From: Limisphaerales bacterium
GTDB lineage: Bacteria; Verrucomicrobiota; Verrucomicrobiia; Limisphaerales; JACDHS01
Direction of reading: 5' to 3'
Length of the DNA stretch: 64,000 nt
Assembly (NCBI GenBank): GCA_046597605.1
Contig: JBKJKE010000038.1
Coordinates: 75,703 to 139,702 of the forward strand
The notes under the pieces are model-generated. The model worked only from the letters and a program-made list of their open reading frames with translations. It was not told the DNA's origin and made no database searches. Made by a program: the position numbers and the translations under genes. Positions within the stretch are counted from its first letter, which is position 1. The number at the start of each line of letters is the position of its first letter. This document shows, one piece after another, positions 46,961-58,191 of the stretch.

Positions 46961-48087
46961 GCCTTTTGCCAGGCGGCCACGAACATCCCGTTCCCGCCAC
47001 AATCCTGCGGCCAGATAGTCAGTTTTGAAGCCACTTCAGCACTCGGACGAATCGGGTTTGTAAACGGAAGCGGACGAAACTCTGCAAACTGCGTTTCAAA
47101 TTTCTCTGCCACAGCAATCCCTTCCGAACGAGTCAATGTGCAGACGGAATAGATCAATTTGCCTCCTGGCTTGACCGACTTTGCCACGTTACTCAGCAAT
47201 CGGATCTGAACCTCCGCAAGCTCACGAACATCTTCAATCCGGGTCGTCCAACGAGCATGGGGATTGCGGGTCCATGTTCCCACTCCACTGCACGGGGCAT
47301 CGACTAGAACGCCATCAAACTTGCCTTTGGTCGGAAGCTTTTCACCACCCTCCCAAAGTGCCGCGCGATAATTGAAAACCTTTGCCCGTCCGGTCCGTTG
47401 TTTTAGTTTCTTTAATCGCCAATCCGCCCGATCGCTCGCCCAAATCAGGCCTTTATTTTCCATCAATTCAGAGAGATGCAACGTCTTGCCACCCTCCCCG
47501 GCGCAAGCATCCCACCAGGTTTCACCCGGCTTGGGCGCACAGATTACCGAAACAGCCTGCGACGAAATATCCTGCAGTTCGAAAAGACCTTCGTGAAACT
47601 CGGGCGTGCGAAAAAGATCCAACGCCCCGGTGTACTCCAGGGTATCGGGCATCAATTCAGTTTCGGGGAGTGAACAACGCCGAAGCATGTCTTCCACATA
47701 CTCCCGCTGTCCGCGTTTTACACGCAGCCACAACCTGGGTTCAGCCTGAAGGGAGCGCGCAAAACCTGGTGTAATTTCTACTTCTTCACGAATCCAGTCG
47801 GGAACGCACCTGGCGATCAATTCCGCGTTTGGTAACCCTTGAGGAGACTTTCTGAAGTCTTCTGCCAGCGACACAGCAGCAAGAATGTTTTGCTCCAATC
47901 CCTCAATTGGCTCCAGCCAGCCAAACCATCGATAATAGGCAAAGACAGCGCGGCTGATTTCCCAACTGTCATCGCGCGACAACCCTCGTTGTTTGCGCAA
48001 TTCTTCTCTCAAGACAGAGTCTGCCGGCACACCTGTTTCGGCTTTTGCAATTATGGATTCCGCAACGTTCAACAAGGATTGGTTCAT
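46957..48087 (-). CDS. Sun/NOL1/NOP2-family 16S rRNA m5C methyltransferase (RsmB/RsmF-like)
   Basis: SAM motif DACAGEGGKT and catalytic DAPCSGVGT. C-terminal PUA-like tail. Confidence 0.8.
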   Translation of the reverse strand: MNQSLLNVAESIIAKAETGVPADSVLREELRKQRGLSRDDSWEISRAVFAYYRWFGWLEPIEGLEQNILAAVSLAEDFRKSPQGLPNAELIARCVPDWIREEVEITPGFARSLQAEPRLWLRVKRGQREYVEDMLRRCSLPETELMPDTLEYTGALDLFRTPEFHEGLFELQDISSQAVSVICAPKPGETWWDACAGEGGKTLHLSELMENKGLIWASDRADWRLKKLKQRTGRAKVFNYRAALWEGGEKLPTKGKFDGVLVDAPCSGVGTWTRNPHARWTTRIEDVRELAEVQIRLLSNVAKSVKPGGKLIYSVCTLTRSEGIAVAEKFETQFAEFRPLPFTNPIRPSAEVASKLTIWPQDCGGNGMFVAAWQKA

Positions 48088-48121
48088 AAAAAAGAAAGGC
48101 GCAAAGACTTACTTTGCGCCC
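48088..48121 (-). terminator. Rho-independent terminator after acnA (minus strand)
   Basis: On the minus strand: GGCGCAAAG-TAAGT-CTTTGCGCC followed by TTTCTTTTTT. Sits between the acnA stop and the rsmB-like start. Confidence 0.65.
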
Positions 48122-48141
48122 TTAAAAGCAAGCTACACTCC

Positions 48142-50985
48142 TTACGCTTGAGCGACCAATTGCCGCAAAACGAACGGCAAGATCCCGCCATGCTGGTAAT
48201 AATCAATCTCGATAGGAGTATCGATCCGGCAGATCACCGGGACGTCCTGCACCTGCCCATTGGCGCGAGTAATTCGTAAACTTAAATCCTGTTGCGGCTT
48301 CAGTTTTGAATCCAGGCCAACGATGTCGTAAGTCTCCGTTCCGTCGAGCTTCAGGTCGGTTGCGGAAGTGCCTTCTTTAAATTGCAGAGGCAACACACCC
48401 ATCCCAACCAGGTTCGAACGATGGATACGTTCAAAGCTTTGTGCAACCACGGCGCGAACTCCCAGCAATTTTGTCCCTTTTGCCGCCCAATCTCGTGAGC
48501 TGCCGGTGCCGTATTCGTGTCCTGCCAGAACAACCAGCGGGGTGCCGACTTCGGCATACTTGGCCGCTGCATCAAAAATCGACATCTGTTCGCCGGTGGG
48601 TTGGAAAGCAGTCACGCCCCCTTCCACACCCGGAACCATCAGGTTCTTGATCCGCACATTGGCAAAGGTGCCACGGGTCATTACGCGATCATTTCCACGA
48701 CGCGCCCCATAGCTGTTGTAGTCGACGTAGTTAACACCTTCTTCAACGAGGTATTTTCCAGCGGGCGAAGTTTTCTTGATACTGCCCGCGGGAGAAATGT
48801 GATCCGTTGTCACGCTGTCGCCAAAGATACCGAGTGCGCGAGCGCCCTGAATTCCCGTGATCTGGCCAGGTTGCAAACCGAAGTTCACAAAGAACGGCGG
48901 CTCCTGGATGTAAGTGCTCTTTGCATCCCAATCATAAACGTTTCCAACACTGGAAGGAATTTCGTTCCACTTCGGATTCTGTTTTTCGAAATCTTTATAC
49001 AGCGTACGGAAGGATTCAGCTTTTAGAGCCGTGGCAAGAAAATCCCGCACTTCGCTGCTGCTGGGCCAGATATCTTTCAGGAAAACATCTTTTCCGCCGG
49101 TGCCTTTGCCAATCGGCTCGAGGGCCATGTCGATGTTGATCCGACCAGCCAACGCGAATGCAACAACCAGAGGCGGAGACATCAGGAAATTGGCTTTAAT
49201 GCTCTGATGCACGCGGGCCTCGAAATTTCGATTCCCGGAAAGGACCGAAGCTGCTACGACATCATTCTTCACCACTGCATCTTCGATTTGAGCAGCCAGA
49301 GGCCCGGAGTTTCCGATGCAGGTCGTGCATCCGTAGCCCACCAGGTTGAATCCAAGCTGATCCAAATAAGGCTGTAAGCCGGTGCGATCCAGATAATCAC
49401 TGACCACTCTCGAGCCAGGCGCCAGGGAGGCTTTCACCAATGGATTCGGAGTAAGTCCGGCTTCGACCGCTTTCTTAGCCAACAACCCAGCTGCCAGCAT
49501 AACACCCGGGTTACTCGTGTTGGTGCAGCTGGTGATCGCAGCAATCAAGACACTTCCATGGGCAATATCTCCAGCGCAGATGTCCGCGACAACCTTCACG
49601 CGATCAGGCGTTGGACGATTATTCGCCATTTCCAACTCGGTCGTGGGGCTGGTGTTCTGTTGCGCAGAGCGCTGCAAGGAAACTGGCTCCTGACTGCCCC
49701 CGCCGGGAAGTACCGTGCCTTTGCAGTCTATCGGGAACACGCGGTTCAGTTCCTCCGCAGGTTTTCCAAAACCACTCTCGGTCACCGATCGGGAAAACGT
49801 TTTGGTAAATTCTTCCTTCACCCTGGCAAGTTCGATTCGGTCCTGCGGACGCTTTGGTCCAGCCACACTGGGGGTCACCGTTGAAAGATCCAATTCCAGG
49901 TTCACCGAGTAATCGATCTGACCTTTTTGCGGAATGCCGAAGAGACATTGCGCTTTGTAGTAGTTCTGGAATGCGTTGCATTGCTCGTCCGTGCGGCCGG
50001 TTGCGCGCAAATAAGCCACGGTTTCGTGGTCCACCGGAAAGAAGCCCATCGTCGCACCATACTCAGGTGCCATGTTTGCGATTGTCGCACGATCAACGAC
50101 GGCCAACGCCGTTGCACCCGGACCATAAAATTCAACAAACTTACCGACCACCTTGGCCTTGCGCAGGATTTGCGTAATCGTGAGGGCGAGATCGGTCGCA
50201 GTTACTCCTTCGCTCAACGCGCCGGTCAGATGCACCCCTACGACATCAGGCGTCAGGAAATACACAGGTTGCCCCAGCATACCTGCTTCCGCCTCAATCC
50301 CACCGACACCCCATCCCACCACACCCAAACCGTTGATCATGGTGGTATGCGAATCAGTTCCGACCAGCGTGTCCGGATAATAAACTCCGCGTTTGTCGAA
50401 CAACACTCCCTTGGCCAGGAATTCCAAATTGACCTGGTGCACAATCCCGATGCCCGGCGGCACTACCTTGAAAGTTTCAAACGCCTGCATCCCCCACTTC
50501 AACAGCTGGTAACGCTCACGATTCCGTTTGAATTCAATTTCAAGATTCTGCTGATAAGATTCCGGTGTCCCGGCGAAATCCACCTGGACGGAGTGATCCA
50601 CCACGAGATCCACTGGAACGAGCGGCTCGATCATCTTCGGATTCTTGCCCATGCGCGCCACGGCGGAACGCATCGCCGCCAGATCCACCAACAGCGGAAC
50701 TCCCGTGAAGTCCTGCAAAACAATCCGCGCCACCACAAACGGAATTTCTTCCGTTCGAGCCGACATCGCGTCCCACGCCGCTAAATTACGAATGCTCTGC
50801 TCGGTCACTTTCTTGCCATCGCAATTACGCAGGATAGATTCCAATACGATGCGGATGGAAACCGGCAGGCGAGAAATCTTTCCGAGGCCTGCTTTCTCTA
50901 AAGCAGGAAGAGAGTAAAAGTTTCCCTGTTGGCCGTTACCGAGATCAAATTTTTGCAGTGAATCGAAAGTGTTATGAGCGTTCAT
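48142..50985 (-). CDS. acnA: aconitate hydratase A
   Basis: 947 aa. The [11 protein letters not shown] motif and Fe-S cysteines ([18 protein letters not shown]) are characteristic of AcnA/IRP family. Confidence 0.95.
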   Translation of the reverse strand: MNAHNTFDSLQKFDLGNGQQGNFYSLPALEKAGLGKISRLPVSIRIVLESILRNCDGKKVTEQSIRNLAAWDAMSARTEEIPFVVARIVLQDFTGVPLLVDLAAMRSAVARMGKNPKMIEPLVPVDLVVDHSVQVDFAGTPESYQQNLEIEFKRNRERYQLLKWGMQAFETFKVVPPGIGIVHQVNLEFLAKGVLFDKRGVYYPDTLVGTDSHTTMINGLGVVGWGVGGIEAEAGMLGQPVYFLTPDVVGVHLTGALSEGVTATDLALTITQILRKAKVVGKFVEFYGPGATALAVVDRATIANMAPEYGATMGFFPVDHETVAYLRATGRTDEQCNAFQNYYKAQCLFGIPQKGQIDYSVNLELDLSTVTPSVAGPKRPQDRIELARVKEEFTKTFSRSVTESGFGKPAEELNRVFPIDCKGTVLPGGGSQEPVSLQRSAQQNTSPTTELEMANNRPTPDRVKVVADICAGDIAHGSVLIAAITSCTNTSNPGVMLAAGLLAKKAVEAGLTPNPLVKASLAPGSRVVSDYLDRTGLQPYLDQLGFNLVGYGCTTCIGNSGPLAAQIEDAVVKNDVVAASVLSGNRNFEARVHQSIKANFLMSPPLVVAFALAGRINIDMALEPIGKGTGGKDVFLKDIWPSSSEVRDFLATALKAESFRTLYKDFEKQNPKWNEIPSSVGNVYDWDAKSTYIQEPPFFVNFGLQPGQITGIQGARALGIFGDSVTTDHISPAGSIKKTSPAGKYLVEEGVNYVDYNSYGARRGNDRVMTRGTFANVRIKNLMVPGVEGGVTAFQPTGEQMSIFDAAAKYAEVGTPLVVLAGHEYGTGSSRDWAAKGTKLLGVRAVVAQSFERIHRSNLVGMGVLPLQFKEGTSATDLKLDGTETYDIVGLDSKLKPQQDLSLRITRANGQVQDVPVICRIDTPIEIDYYQHGGILPFVLRQLVAQA

Positions 50986-51246
50986 AGTTTTTCGCTTAAG
51001 AAAGCGGGCAAACGAAAATGAGGTTTGAGCAAAGCAGTGTCAAGACGGTGAAATGCTCCTTTATGATATGGAATTCGGCGAAAACCAGAACCTAACCACG
51101 GATCCGCACCGATGAACACAGATTGGAATGGCTTCCGCAAAGCTCATTTCCACCCAGGGATCAGTAGAATTGAACCTATCGGCAGCGCAACAGGCGCATT
51201 GGCTTGTTCCTTATCAGTGTTAATCCGTGTACATCCGTGGTTTATC

Positions 51247-54234
51247 TTATTTTCCCTTCACCGGCGCAGAAAGGTACTCGAGCAAGTCAGCAAACTGCTG
51301 TGGGCTTAATCCACTTTCCAAACCTTCAGGCATCAGCGATTGGCCCTGGCTTTGCATCTTCTTGATATTCTTGCGCGCAATCACATCCTCTTTCCCAAAC
51401 GCCTGCCGGATCGTGACGTTCTGGGCCGTCTCATTGGCAATCAAGCCAATGTAGCTCTCACCGTCAGCGGTTTCGATTTCATACGCCTGAAACTGAGGTG
51501 CCACCTCGATGTTTGGATCGATGATATTAATTAACAACTTCTCCTTGCCACTGTTCTGCACCGTGACGAGATCGGGACCGAGCACAAAACCGTTTCCATC
51601 AAATTGGTGACAAGACAAACAGCGTTCCATAAAAACCGTTTTGCCTTTAGCTATATCGCCCCGCAAATCCATGGCCGTTTTATAAGAACTCACCACATCC
51701 TGCCGTTTGGAGGCCACTTCGGTTAAGACGGAACTGGCAAGGGTGCGCAAACCGCCATCGCGATGATTCTTCAGAAACTTAACCTGCGTGCTGTTCAATT
51801 CAATGCGTCCAATTTTACCACCCTGGATTGCATTCAACAGAATCGTTGCCCGCGGAGGACGGCTCAACATCACTGCAACCGCTTCCGTGCGCACGCGAGG
51901 GGTCAAAACATTCCATCGCTGCACCAGCTCATTTGCGACGACAGGCTGCTCCGATTTGCCAAGGGCGGTCACAGCTGCCACCTGGATTTCCTGCGGCTGA
52001 TTTGGTGCCAATAATGAAAGAAGCGTTGGGGACCGGTCTTGCGGCAGGACCGCCAGAAGCTTGATGCCTTCGAGTCGAGCCACCTGATCTTCCGCCGAAT
52101 TCGTCACAGTCTGCACTGCAATTTGTGCGAGGTTGTTCAGACCGGCCTGGGGCAGCTGACTCAAGGAACCTTTCGAGTGCTCCAAACCCTCACCCAGGGA
52201 ACGCACCAGTTTAAACATCAACTTCGGATCTTCCATTTTTCCCAGAAACTCGGTGACGGCATTTACCTCCGCGCGATCGTTCTTCGCCCCAATAATCCTG
52301 GCCAGTTCCGAGACAAAAGATTGGCCGGTTTCCATTCCCATGAGCGGCGCATCGGTCACGACAAGTTTGAACATCTCACCTGCCCCGGTTCCTAATGAAC
52401 TCAAGACCGCTGCTCGCATCCACTGACTTTGCACATCGCGTCCGAGACACTGGGCCAACGCAGCATTTCGTTCGGGGTGCTGAATCTGTCCCAGCGTAAA
52501 TGCCAGTTGATAGACAACGTTGGTCGAGTCATCTGCCGGCATTTGGCTTAATTGCGTCCACAAATCAGGAGAAGCCACTCCCTTCGCGATTATCTTTTCG
52601 CTCAAGCGCACCGCGTGTTGACGGACCAATTCGTTTCCATCCTTCAGCCCAAGGAGAACTTCTTCCTCGCGCAAGACCGCCAACCCATCCAGAACATAGA
52701 GTGCATGCATCCGGGAATAATGAGATTTTGAATTCTGCAGTAGGGCTTTGAGGGCCGGTTCAGCGCTTCGATCCTGCCGTTCAAACAATAGTCGTGCTGC
52801 AGTGTCGCGATACCATCCATTGGCATTTTCTAAAATGCCAACCAGTTGCGCCGTATTTGCTTTGCTCAAACGAGGAATCTTCGGTTGCTTAAATCCTTCT
52901 GGAACAATTCGATAGATGCGTCCCCGATCACTTCCGTTATTCAGGTCCAGATGTTTTTTAATCTCTTCGGGGAGCGACCATGGGTGCTCGATAATTTCAC
53001 GGTACATATCGATCACATAAAATGTGCCGTCCGGAGCGTTCGCAAATTGGGTGGGTCGGAACCAGGTATCACGCGATGCCAGGAATTCCACTTTCTGTTC
53101 GTCTTTCGGACGTGCCGCTTTGAGTTCAAGTCCTTCCTGGTAGACGATCTTGCGATGCACCAGGTTCCCACCGGCATCACCTGTGAACGCGTTGTCCAAA
53201 AACTCCTGTGGAAACACGCTACCGCGATAAATGGTGGCGCCCGTGGCCCCGGTAAAATATCCCGACGCGCGACCGCCCCCCTCCACCACTCCCTTTACTG
53301 TCCCGTCCTTGCGCCACTTCGTGCGGATCACCCGCCACGGTTCTTCCGGACTAAGCCGATAAACTTCGGCCGCTCCGCCATCCACCGCGATGGAGACCAA
53401 AGACTTGGGCATGGCATAATAAGGATTTCGATCCGCGTAGCGCGCTTCGTACATCCAGGCCATCAAATGATCGCTGTTGCTGGAGGTGTACTTACGACCA
53501 CGAGAATCGAAGCTCATGCCATACTGTCCGCCGCCATTCTCCGCGGTCATTTCGAACGTCCGTGGGTTGAAAGAGAAATTGCGATTATTCAGATCCAGCG
53601 GTTTATCCGACTTCCGCACCATATTGGTGACAATGCCGCCATTTGGCGCGGACAACCCATGAATGCGGTTATCCAGGCTCCAGTTGAAACTGTTCATCAA
53701 CGCTTGAACGTTCAAGCGATCCTTGGTGTTGCCAAAACCAGTGTAAATGAGCTGCTTCGCGTCAGCCCTGCCATCACCATCCCGGTCTTTGAAATAATAC
53801 AGATCCGGCGTCGATCCAACAAACACCCCGCCCGCGTAGCAAATGATCGCTGTGGGCCACGGCAACCCTTCTACGAAGATCGTGCTTTTATCGAACACCC
53901 CATCGCCATCTGTATCCTCCAGCAATCGAACGCGGCCCAATCGCTCATCGCGACGCTCCGAGTAGTCCCGCATTTCGATCACGTACATTCGTCCATCCTC
54001 GTCAAAGGAAAGTGCGATTGGATCCACCACATTTGGTTCCGATGCCACCAGTTCCAGCCGAAAGCCCGCCTTGATCGCAAACGAACTGACCGCGTTAGTC
54101 GCTTCGATTGCAGGAAACCGCGGTAAATCTTTGGCGGGATCCAGCACAGGGGGCGCGGCCACCGCAGCACTGAAAGCGATACAGGTGCAAAGGATCTGAA
54201 CGGGGAAATGGCGCATAAGCTGAAAAGACATCAC
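51247..54234 (-). CDS. PVC-type membrane-bound-dehydrogenase-domain / HEAT-repeat / c-type heme-binding (CxxCH) protein
   Basis: Signal peptide. N-terminal beta-propeller-like region. Central HEAT-like helical repeats. C-terminal CLSCHQFDGNG heme motif followed by a cytochrome-c-like tail. This architecture is typical of the TIGR02604/TIGR02603 proteins of Planctomycetes/Verrucomicrobia. Confidence 0.75.
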   Translation of the reverse strand: MMSFQLMRHFPVQILCTCIAFSAAVAAPPVLDPAKDLPRFPAIEATNAVSSFAIKAGFRLELVASEPNVVDPIALSFDEDGRMYVIEMRDYSERRDERLGRVRLLEDTDGDGVFDKSTIFVEGLPWPTAIICYAGGVFVGSTPDLYYFKDRDGDGRADAKQLIYTGFGNTKDRLNVQALMNSFNWSLDNRIHGLSAPNGGIVTNMVRKSDKPLDLNNRNFSFNPRTFEMTAENGGGQYGMSFDSRGRKYTSSNSDHLMAWMYEARYADRNPYYAMPKSLVSIAVDGGAAEVYRLSPEEPWRVIRTKWRKDGTVKGVVEGGGRASGYFTGATGATIYRGSVFPQEFLDNAFTGDAGGNLVHRKIVYQEGLELKAARPKDEQKVEFLASRDTWFRPTQFANAPDGTFYVIDMYREIIEHPWSLPEEIKKHLDLNNGSDRGRIYRIVPEGFKQPKIPRLSKANTAQLVGILENANGWYRDTAARLLFERQDRSAEPALKALLQNSKSHYSRMHALYVLDGLAVLREEEVLLGLKDGNELVRQHAVRLSEKIIAKGVASPDLWTQLSQMPADDSTNVVYQLAFTLGQIQHPERNAALAQCLGRDVQSQWMRAAVLSSLGTGAGEMFKLVVTDAPLMGMETGQSFVSELARIIGAKNDRAEVNAVTEFLGKMEDPKLMFKLVRSLGEGLEHSKGSLSQLPQAGLNNLAQIAVQTVTNSAEDQVARLEGIKLLAVLPQDRSPTLLSLLAPNQPQEIQVAAVTALGKSEQPVVANELVQRWNVLTPRVRTEAVAVMLSRPPRATILLNAIQGGKIGRIELNSTQVKFLKNHRDGGLRTLASSVLTEVASKRQDVVSSYKTAMDLRGDIAKGKTVFMERCLSCHQFDGNGFVLGPDLVTVQNSGKEKLLINIIDPNIEVAPQFQAYEIETADGESYIGLIANETAQNVTIRQAFGKEDVIARKNIKKMQSQGQSLMPEGLESGLSPQQFADLLEYLSAPVKGK

Positions 54235-54345
54235 AAGTTCTCTGCATTGAGTTCAAGGCTAAAGTCGGCAGTAACGACTTTGCCCCCCACGCGCATATTC
54301 AGAAAATGATTGAAACAGACCCTCAGCATCAGACAGGTTCTTATC

Positions 54346-55308
54346 ATGAATCCGCATCGTGAGATGAATCGTCGCAATTTCCTCACCCTTTCCACCGCCA
54401 CACTTGCCGCCTCCACGTTGCCATTCAATTTGTCCGCCCAGGATAACTCCGCGGAGCCGATCATCGACATTCATCAGCACACGGATTATTCCGGGCGCAA
54501 ACATCAGCAACTGCTCGCGCATCAACGGGCGATGGGAATTACTACTACCATTCTTTTACCCGCTGGTCGTCCGGTCATCCGCCCATCCACTCACAATGGT
54601 CCTGGAAACGGATTGGAAGCCAAGGCAACCGGTAACGACGTTTGCTACGCCTTCGCCAAAGAACATTCGGCCAATAAAGAATTTGTGTTCGGTGCCAACG
54701 AGGTCCCCGACATTCCCGAAGCCGTTGAGGAAATCGAAAAATATTTAAAGCTCGGTGCCGTTTGCATTGGTGAATCGAAGTTCGGCGTCGAATGCGATTC
54801 CGACGAGATGCAGAAGCTCTATCAACTAGCCCAAAGCTACGACGTTCCCATCCTGCTCCACTGGCAGCACAATCGATATAACTACGGTTTCGAACGTTTC
54901 GGCAAGATGCTGGAGAAGTATCCGAAGGTGAACTTCATCGGTCATGCCCAGACCTGGTGGGCCAATATCGACGCGGATCATAATGATCAACGCGTCCTCT
55001 ATCCCAAAGGAAGAATCACTCCCGGCGGCATCACCGATCGTTACCTTCGCGATTACCCGAACATGTTCGGTGATCTCTCCGCCGGCTCAGGTCTGGGCGC
55101 ATTGACTCGGGACGAAGAACACACCACAGCATTTTTGAAGCGGCACCAGGATAAACTTCTCTACGGCAGCGATTGCAACGACACCATCGGCCGCGGTCCC
55201 GGCTGCCAGGGAGCCCGCACTATCACCGTTCTCCGTCGCCTCTCGCCCAGCAAAGAAGTCGAACGCAAATTGCTCCACGACAATTCGAAGAAGCTGTTTA
55301 AATTGTGA
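54346..55308 (+). CDS. metal-dependent amidohydrolase-family (TIM-barrel) protein with Tat-like signal
   Basis: MNRRNFLTLSTATLAASTLPFNLSAQ twin-arginine-like leader. HQHTDY metal-ligand pair near the N-terminus. Amidohydrolase_2-like length. Confidence 0.7.
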   Translation: MNPHREMNRRNFLTLSTATLAASTLPFNLSAQDNSAEPIIDIHQHTDYSGRKHQQLLAHQRAMGITTTILLPAGRPVIRPSTHNGPGNGLEAKATGNDVCYAFAKEHSANKEFVFGANEVPDIPEAVEEIEKYLKLGAVCIGESKFGVECDSDEMQKLYQLAQSYDVPILLHWQHNRYNYGFERFGKMLEKYPKVNFIGHAQTWWANIDADHNDQRVLYPKGRITPGGITDRYLRDYPNMFGDLSAGSGLGALTRDEEHTTAFLKRHQDKLLYGSDCNDTIGRGPGCQGARTITVLRRLSPSKEVERKLLHDNSKKLFKL

Positions 55309-55465
55309 TGTGATCGTTTTAACGATTAAACGTTTAACCCATAGGACGGCAAAAGCTGGCAAAACCTTTTAGCCAACGCTTCCACGCGGGCAAGGGAGGT
55401 CGGCCAATCAGTTCAAACCATTCACGAGCTTTAAATGACTGGCTTAAGGACTGTAAGACTGCTGG

Positions 55466-55822
55466 ATGCTGCGCCTTTCCGCACTTTTTCAGTGCGACGC
55501 CGCAGGCGGCGTTCCGTTCGATGGATTAGCGCGTTGGGACGGCACGAATTGGTATGCCCTGGGGAGTAGTTTACCGGGGGCAGAAATCGGCACCGCCAAT
55601 AGTTTCGCCCTCGTCGGGAATGAAGTTCTCGTGGGAGGAGCATTCTTCAGGGCTGGAACGAACGGCTGTAATAACCTCGCGAGCTGGCGGCTCGTGCCGT
55701 TGAAGCTGGAAACGCTGCGCACGAGCGGCACGGTGGCGCTTTCGTGGCCAAACACCCTCAGCTGGGAGACACTGCTTTTTCCGGTTCAAGAAAGAGTGAT
55801 GAGGGTGGCGCTGATTTGGTAA
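55466..55822 (+). CDS. hypothetical small protein (doubtful)
   Basis: 118-aa ORF in the gap between amidohydrolase and lipid-kinase genes. It ends just before a G9 homopolymer. Confidence 0.2.
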   Translation: MLRLSALFQCDAAGGVPFDGLARWDGTNWYALGSSLPGAEIGTANSFALVGNEVLVGGAFFRAGTNGCNNLASWRLVPLKLETLRTSGTVALSWPNTLSWETLLFPVQERVMRVALIW

Positions 55823-56048
55823 AGGGGGGGGGCTCACAGAGTAAAATTGGGCTCGTAGTTTCCAATGTGAATAAAGTCTACCGACTTTTGCCGCTTTCAG
55901 TATGAGTGCGCAGAATAGAGCGGAGCGACTGATTCCGAAGTGAAGATTTTGCGGTGGGCGAATCTGCATGGGTTTGCCCCGCCCGGACGACGTCATTCCC
56001 ATCCCCTCTATCTGGTTCGTGACATTGGCTTCGTTTCGTGCAAATAAA

Positions 56049-57038
56049 ATGGAAACTGAAGTGAGTTCTTCTCTCCATACTCAGAGTTCAACCGGCGACT
56101 CCCCGAAATCCCGGGATCGCATCTGCGTCATCTTCAATCCGAAGGCCCGCGGAGAAAAGGCCACTAAGCTCAAAACGTTTTTGCATAAGATCACGGGGGC
56201 GTGCGATCAGAAACCAACGACCTGCGCCGGCGACGGGCGGCGATTGGCTACCGAAGCGGTGAAGGAAGGTTACGAAACAATCGTGGCTGCAGGAGGAGAC
56301 GGAACCCTCAACGAGGTCCTCAATGGAATCGCAGATGCGCCAAATGGTTTCGATAAAGTGAAACTGGGCATTCTCCCGCTCGGGACTATCAATGTATTTG
56401 CACGCGAACTAAAGATCGGGACGAACATCGAATCGGCGTGGAAAACCATTATTACCGGAACCACAATCGCGATCGACATTCCGGTGGTCGAATTTACCCG
56501 GGAAGGAAAACGGGAGAAACGTCACTTCGCACAACTCGCAGGAGCCGGCCTCGACTCGCGGGCGGTTCACATGGTGAGTTGGGAATTGAAAAAGAAAGTA
56601 GGGCCGTTTGCCTACGTGGTGGCCGGCTTAAAAGCGCTCACGTCCGCGCAATCGAGCATGACGGTAACGATCCCGGGCAAGACTTTCACGGGAGAGCTGG
56701 TGTTGATTGGCAACGGTCGTCTTTACGGCGGAGACTTCGTCCTTTTTCCGGGCGCGAATCTGCAGGATGGCGCACTGGAAATTTGTATTTTCCCAAAGAT
56801 CAATTGGCAAATACTGGCACGCGCTGGCATCGGCCTTGCAACGAATCGATTCCATCAACTCTGCAACGTCCAACAAATTCAAGCTGCCTCGCTCACCGTA
56901 TCGGCATCAACCCAGACATTCCTGCAATTGGATGGAGAAAATGTGGGCGAATTGCCCGCCACCTTTTCGCTCGATGCGAAGAGATTACGGGTAATTGCGC
57001 CCGGAGGTCCTAGAGGTCGTTTCCCCCTTTTTGACTAA
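56049..57038 (+). CDS. diacylglycerol-kinase-catalytic-domain lipid kinase (YegS/BmrU-like)
   Basis: IVAAGGDGTLNEVLNG glycine-rich DAGK_cat motif. Start chosen at METEVSS (alternative upstream ATG at 55968). Confidence 0.8.
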   Translation: METEVSSSLHTQSSTGDSPKSRDRICVIFNPKARGEKATKLKTFLHKITGACDQKPTTCAGDGRRLATEAVKEGYETIVAAGGDGTLNEVLNGIADAPNGFDKVKLGILPLGTINVFARELKIGTNIESAWKTIITGTTIAIDIPVVEFTREGKREKRHFAQLAGAGLDSRAVHMVSWELKKKVGPFAYVVAGLKALTSAQSSMTVTIPGKTFTGELVLIGNGRLYGGDFVLFPGANLQDGALEICIFPKINWQILARAGIGLATNRFHQLCNVQQIQAASLTVSASTQTFLQLDGENVGELPATFSLDAKRLRVIAPGGPRGRFPLFD

Positions 57039-57054
57039 TAACTAATTCATCGAA

Positions 57055-58191
57055 CTATAAACCAGCTTCCTGGCGGGCCCACCTATCTGCTTCCAGAATC
57101 TGCTCAAGCGTCGGATGCGCAACCACTTTGTGGCAATCCATGACCCGCGAGACAGTGCTGGAGATATCGAGGAAACTGCGCTTCCGTTTCACGAACAAAT
57201 CCACGGCGACTTCGTTGGCAGCGTTCAAGACGGCAGGCAAAGTTCCACCGATCTCCCCTGCTCTGCGCGCAAGATTGATGGCGGGGAAACGATCAGTATC
57301 CGGCTCTTCGAAAGTGAACTGCCCAATCTTTGCAAAATTCGTCTGTACCCGGTTACTCGCCACCCGTTCCGGATAGGTCAGCGCATACTGAATCGGCAAA
57401 CACATATCCGGCGTGGAGAGCTGAGCCAGAAGTGATCCATCAACGAACTCGACCATCGAATGAATGATGCTTTGGGGATGCACCACGACCTGCACGCGTT
57501 GCATCTCTATGTCGAACAACCAACGTGCTTCGATCATCTCCAACCCTTTGTTGAAGAGGGTTGCGGAATCGATCGTGATCTTCTGTCCCATCACCCAGGA
57601 TGGATGCTTCAACGCTTTCTCAACGGTGATGTCTGCGAACTCTACCTTCGGTGTCTTGCGAAAGGGCCCGCCGGAAGCAGTGAGCCACAGATTGCGGACA
57701 GAGTGTCCCGGTTTGCCATCGAGGCATTGGAAGATAGCAGAGTGCTCGCTGTCCACCGCCAGAACTTTTACGCCATGCTTGCGCGCTTCGTTCATCACGA
57801 TTTCGCCTGCCATCACCAGGATTTCTTTCGAAGCGACGGCGATATCTTTCCCTGCGCGAATCGCAGCCAACGCCGGCTGCAATCCCGCCGTGCCGACGAT
57901 TGCAATTAACACAACATCTGCGGAAGGGTGCGTAGCGAGTTTCAGTAAACCCTCGTCTCCGGAGTAGACCTTGATGTTGGGACTGATCCGTTTCTGCAAC
58001 TCAGCAGCTTTCAGCGGATCCGAGATTGATACGGCCTCCGGCTGATGTTTGGCGGTTTGCTCCAGCAACAGTTCGGAGTTATTACCTGCAGCCAGTCCGA
58101 CCAGGCGCAAGCCCTCGGGAAAATCTTCGACGACTTTGATGGTACTGGTGCCAATGGAACCAGTCGATCCTAGCAAAACAACCTTCTTCAT
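57055..58191 (-). CDS. dxr: 1-deoxy-D-xylulose 5-phosphate reductoisomerase
   Basis: MKKVVLLGSTGSIGTSTIKVV N-terminal NADPH motif, 378 aa, classic position downstream of cdsA. Confidence 0.95.
   Translation of the reverse strand: MKKVVLLGSTGSIGTSTIKVVEDFPEGLRLVGLAAGNNSELLLEQTAKHQPEAVSISDPLKAAELQKRISPNIKVYSGDEGLLKLATHPSADVVLIAIVGTAGLQPALAAIRAGKDIAVASKEILVMAGEIVMNEARKHGVKVLAVDSEHSAIFQCLDGKPGHSVRNLWLTASGGPFRKTPKVEFADITVEKALKHPSWVMGQKITIDSATLFNKGLEMIEARWLFDIEMQRVQVVVHPQSIIHSMVEFVDGSLLAQLSTPDMCLPIQYALTYPERVASNRVQTNFAKIGQFTFEEPDTDRFPAINLARRAGEIGGTLPAVLNAANEVAVDLFVKRKRSFLDISSTVSRVMDCHKVVAHPTLEQILEADRWARQEAGL

Noticed and set aside
49927-50784. 285-aa + strand ORF opposite acnA
   Set aside because: It is antisense to aconitase, and its translation is Arg/His-rich with no motif.
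52846-54126. 426-aa + strand ORF opposite the 995-aa PVC-type dehydrogenase/heme protein gene
   Set aside because: It is antisense to a well-supported signal-peptide-containing gene and has no motif.
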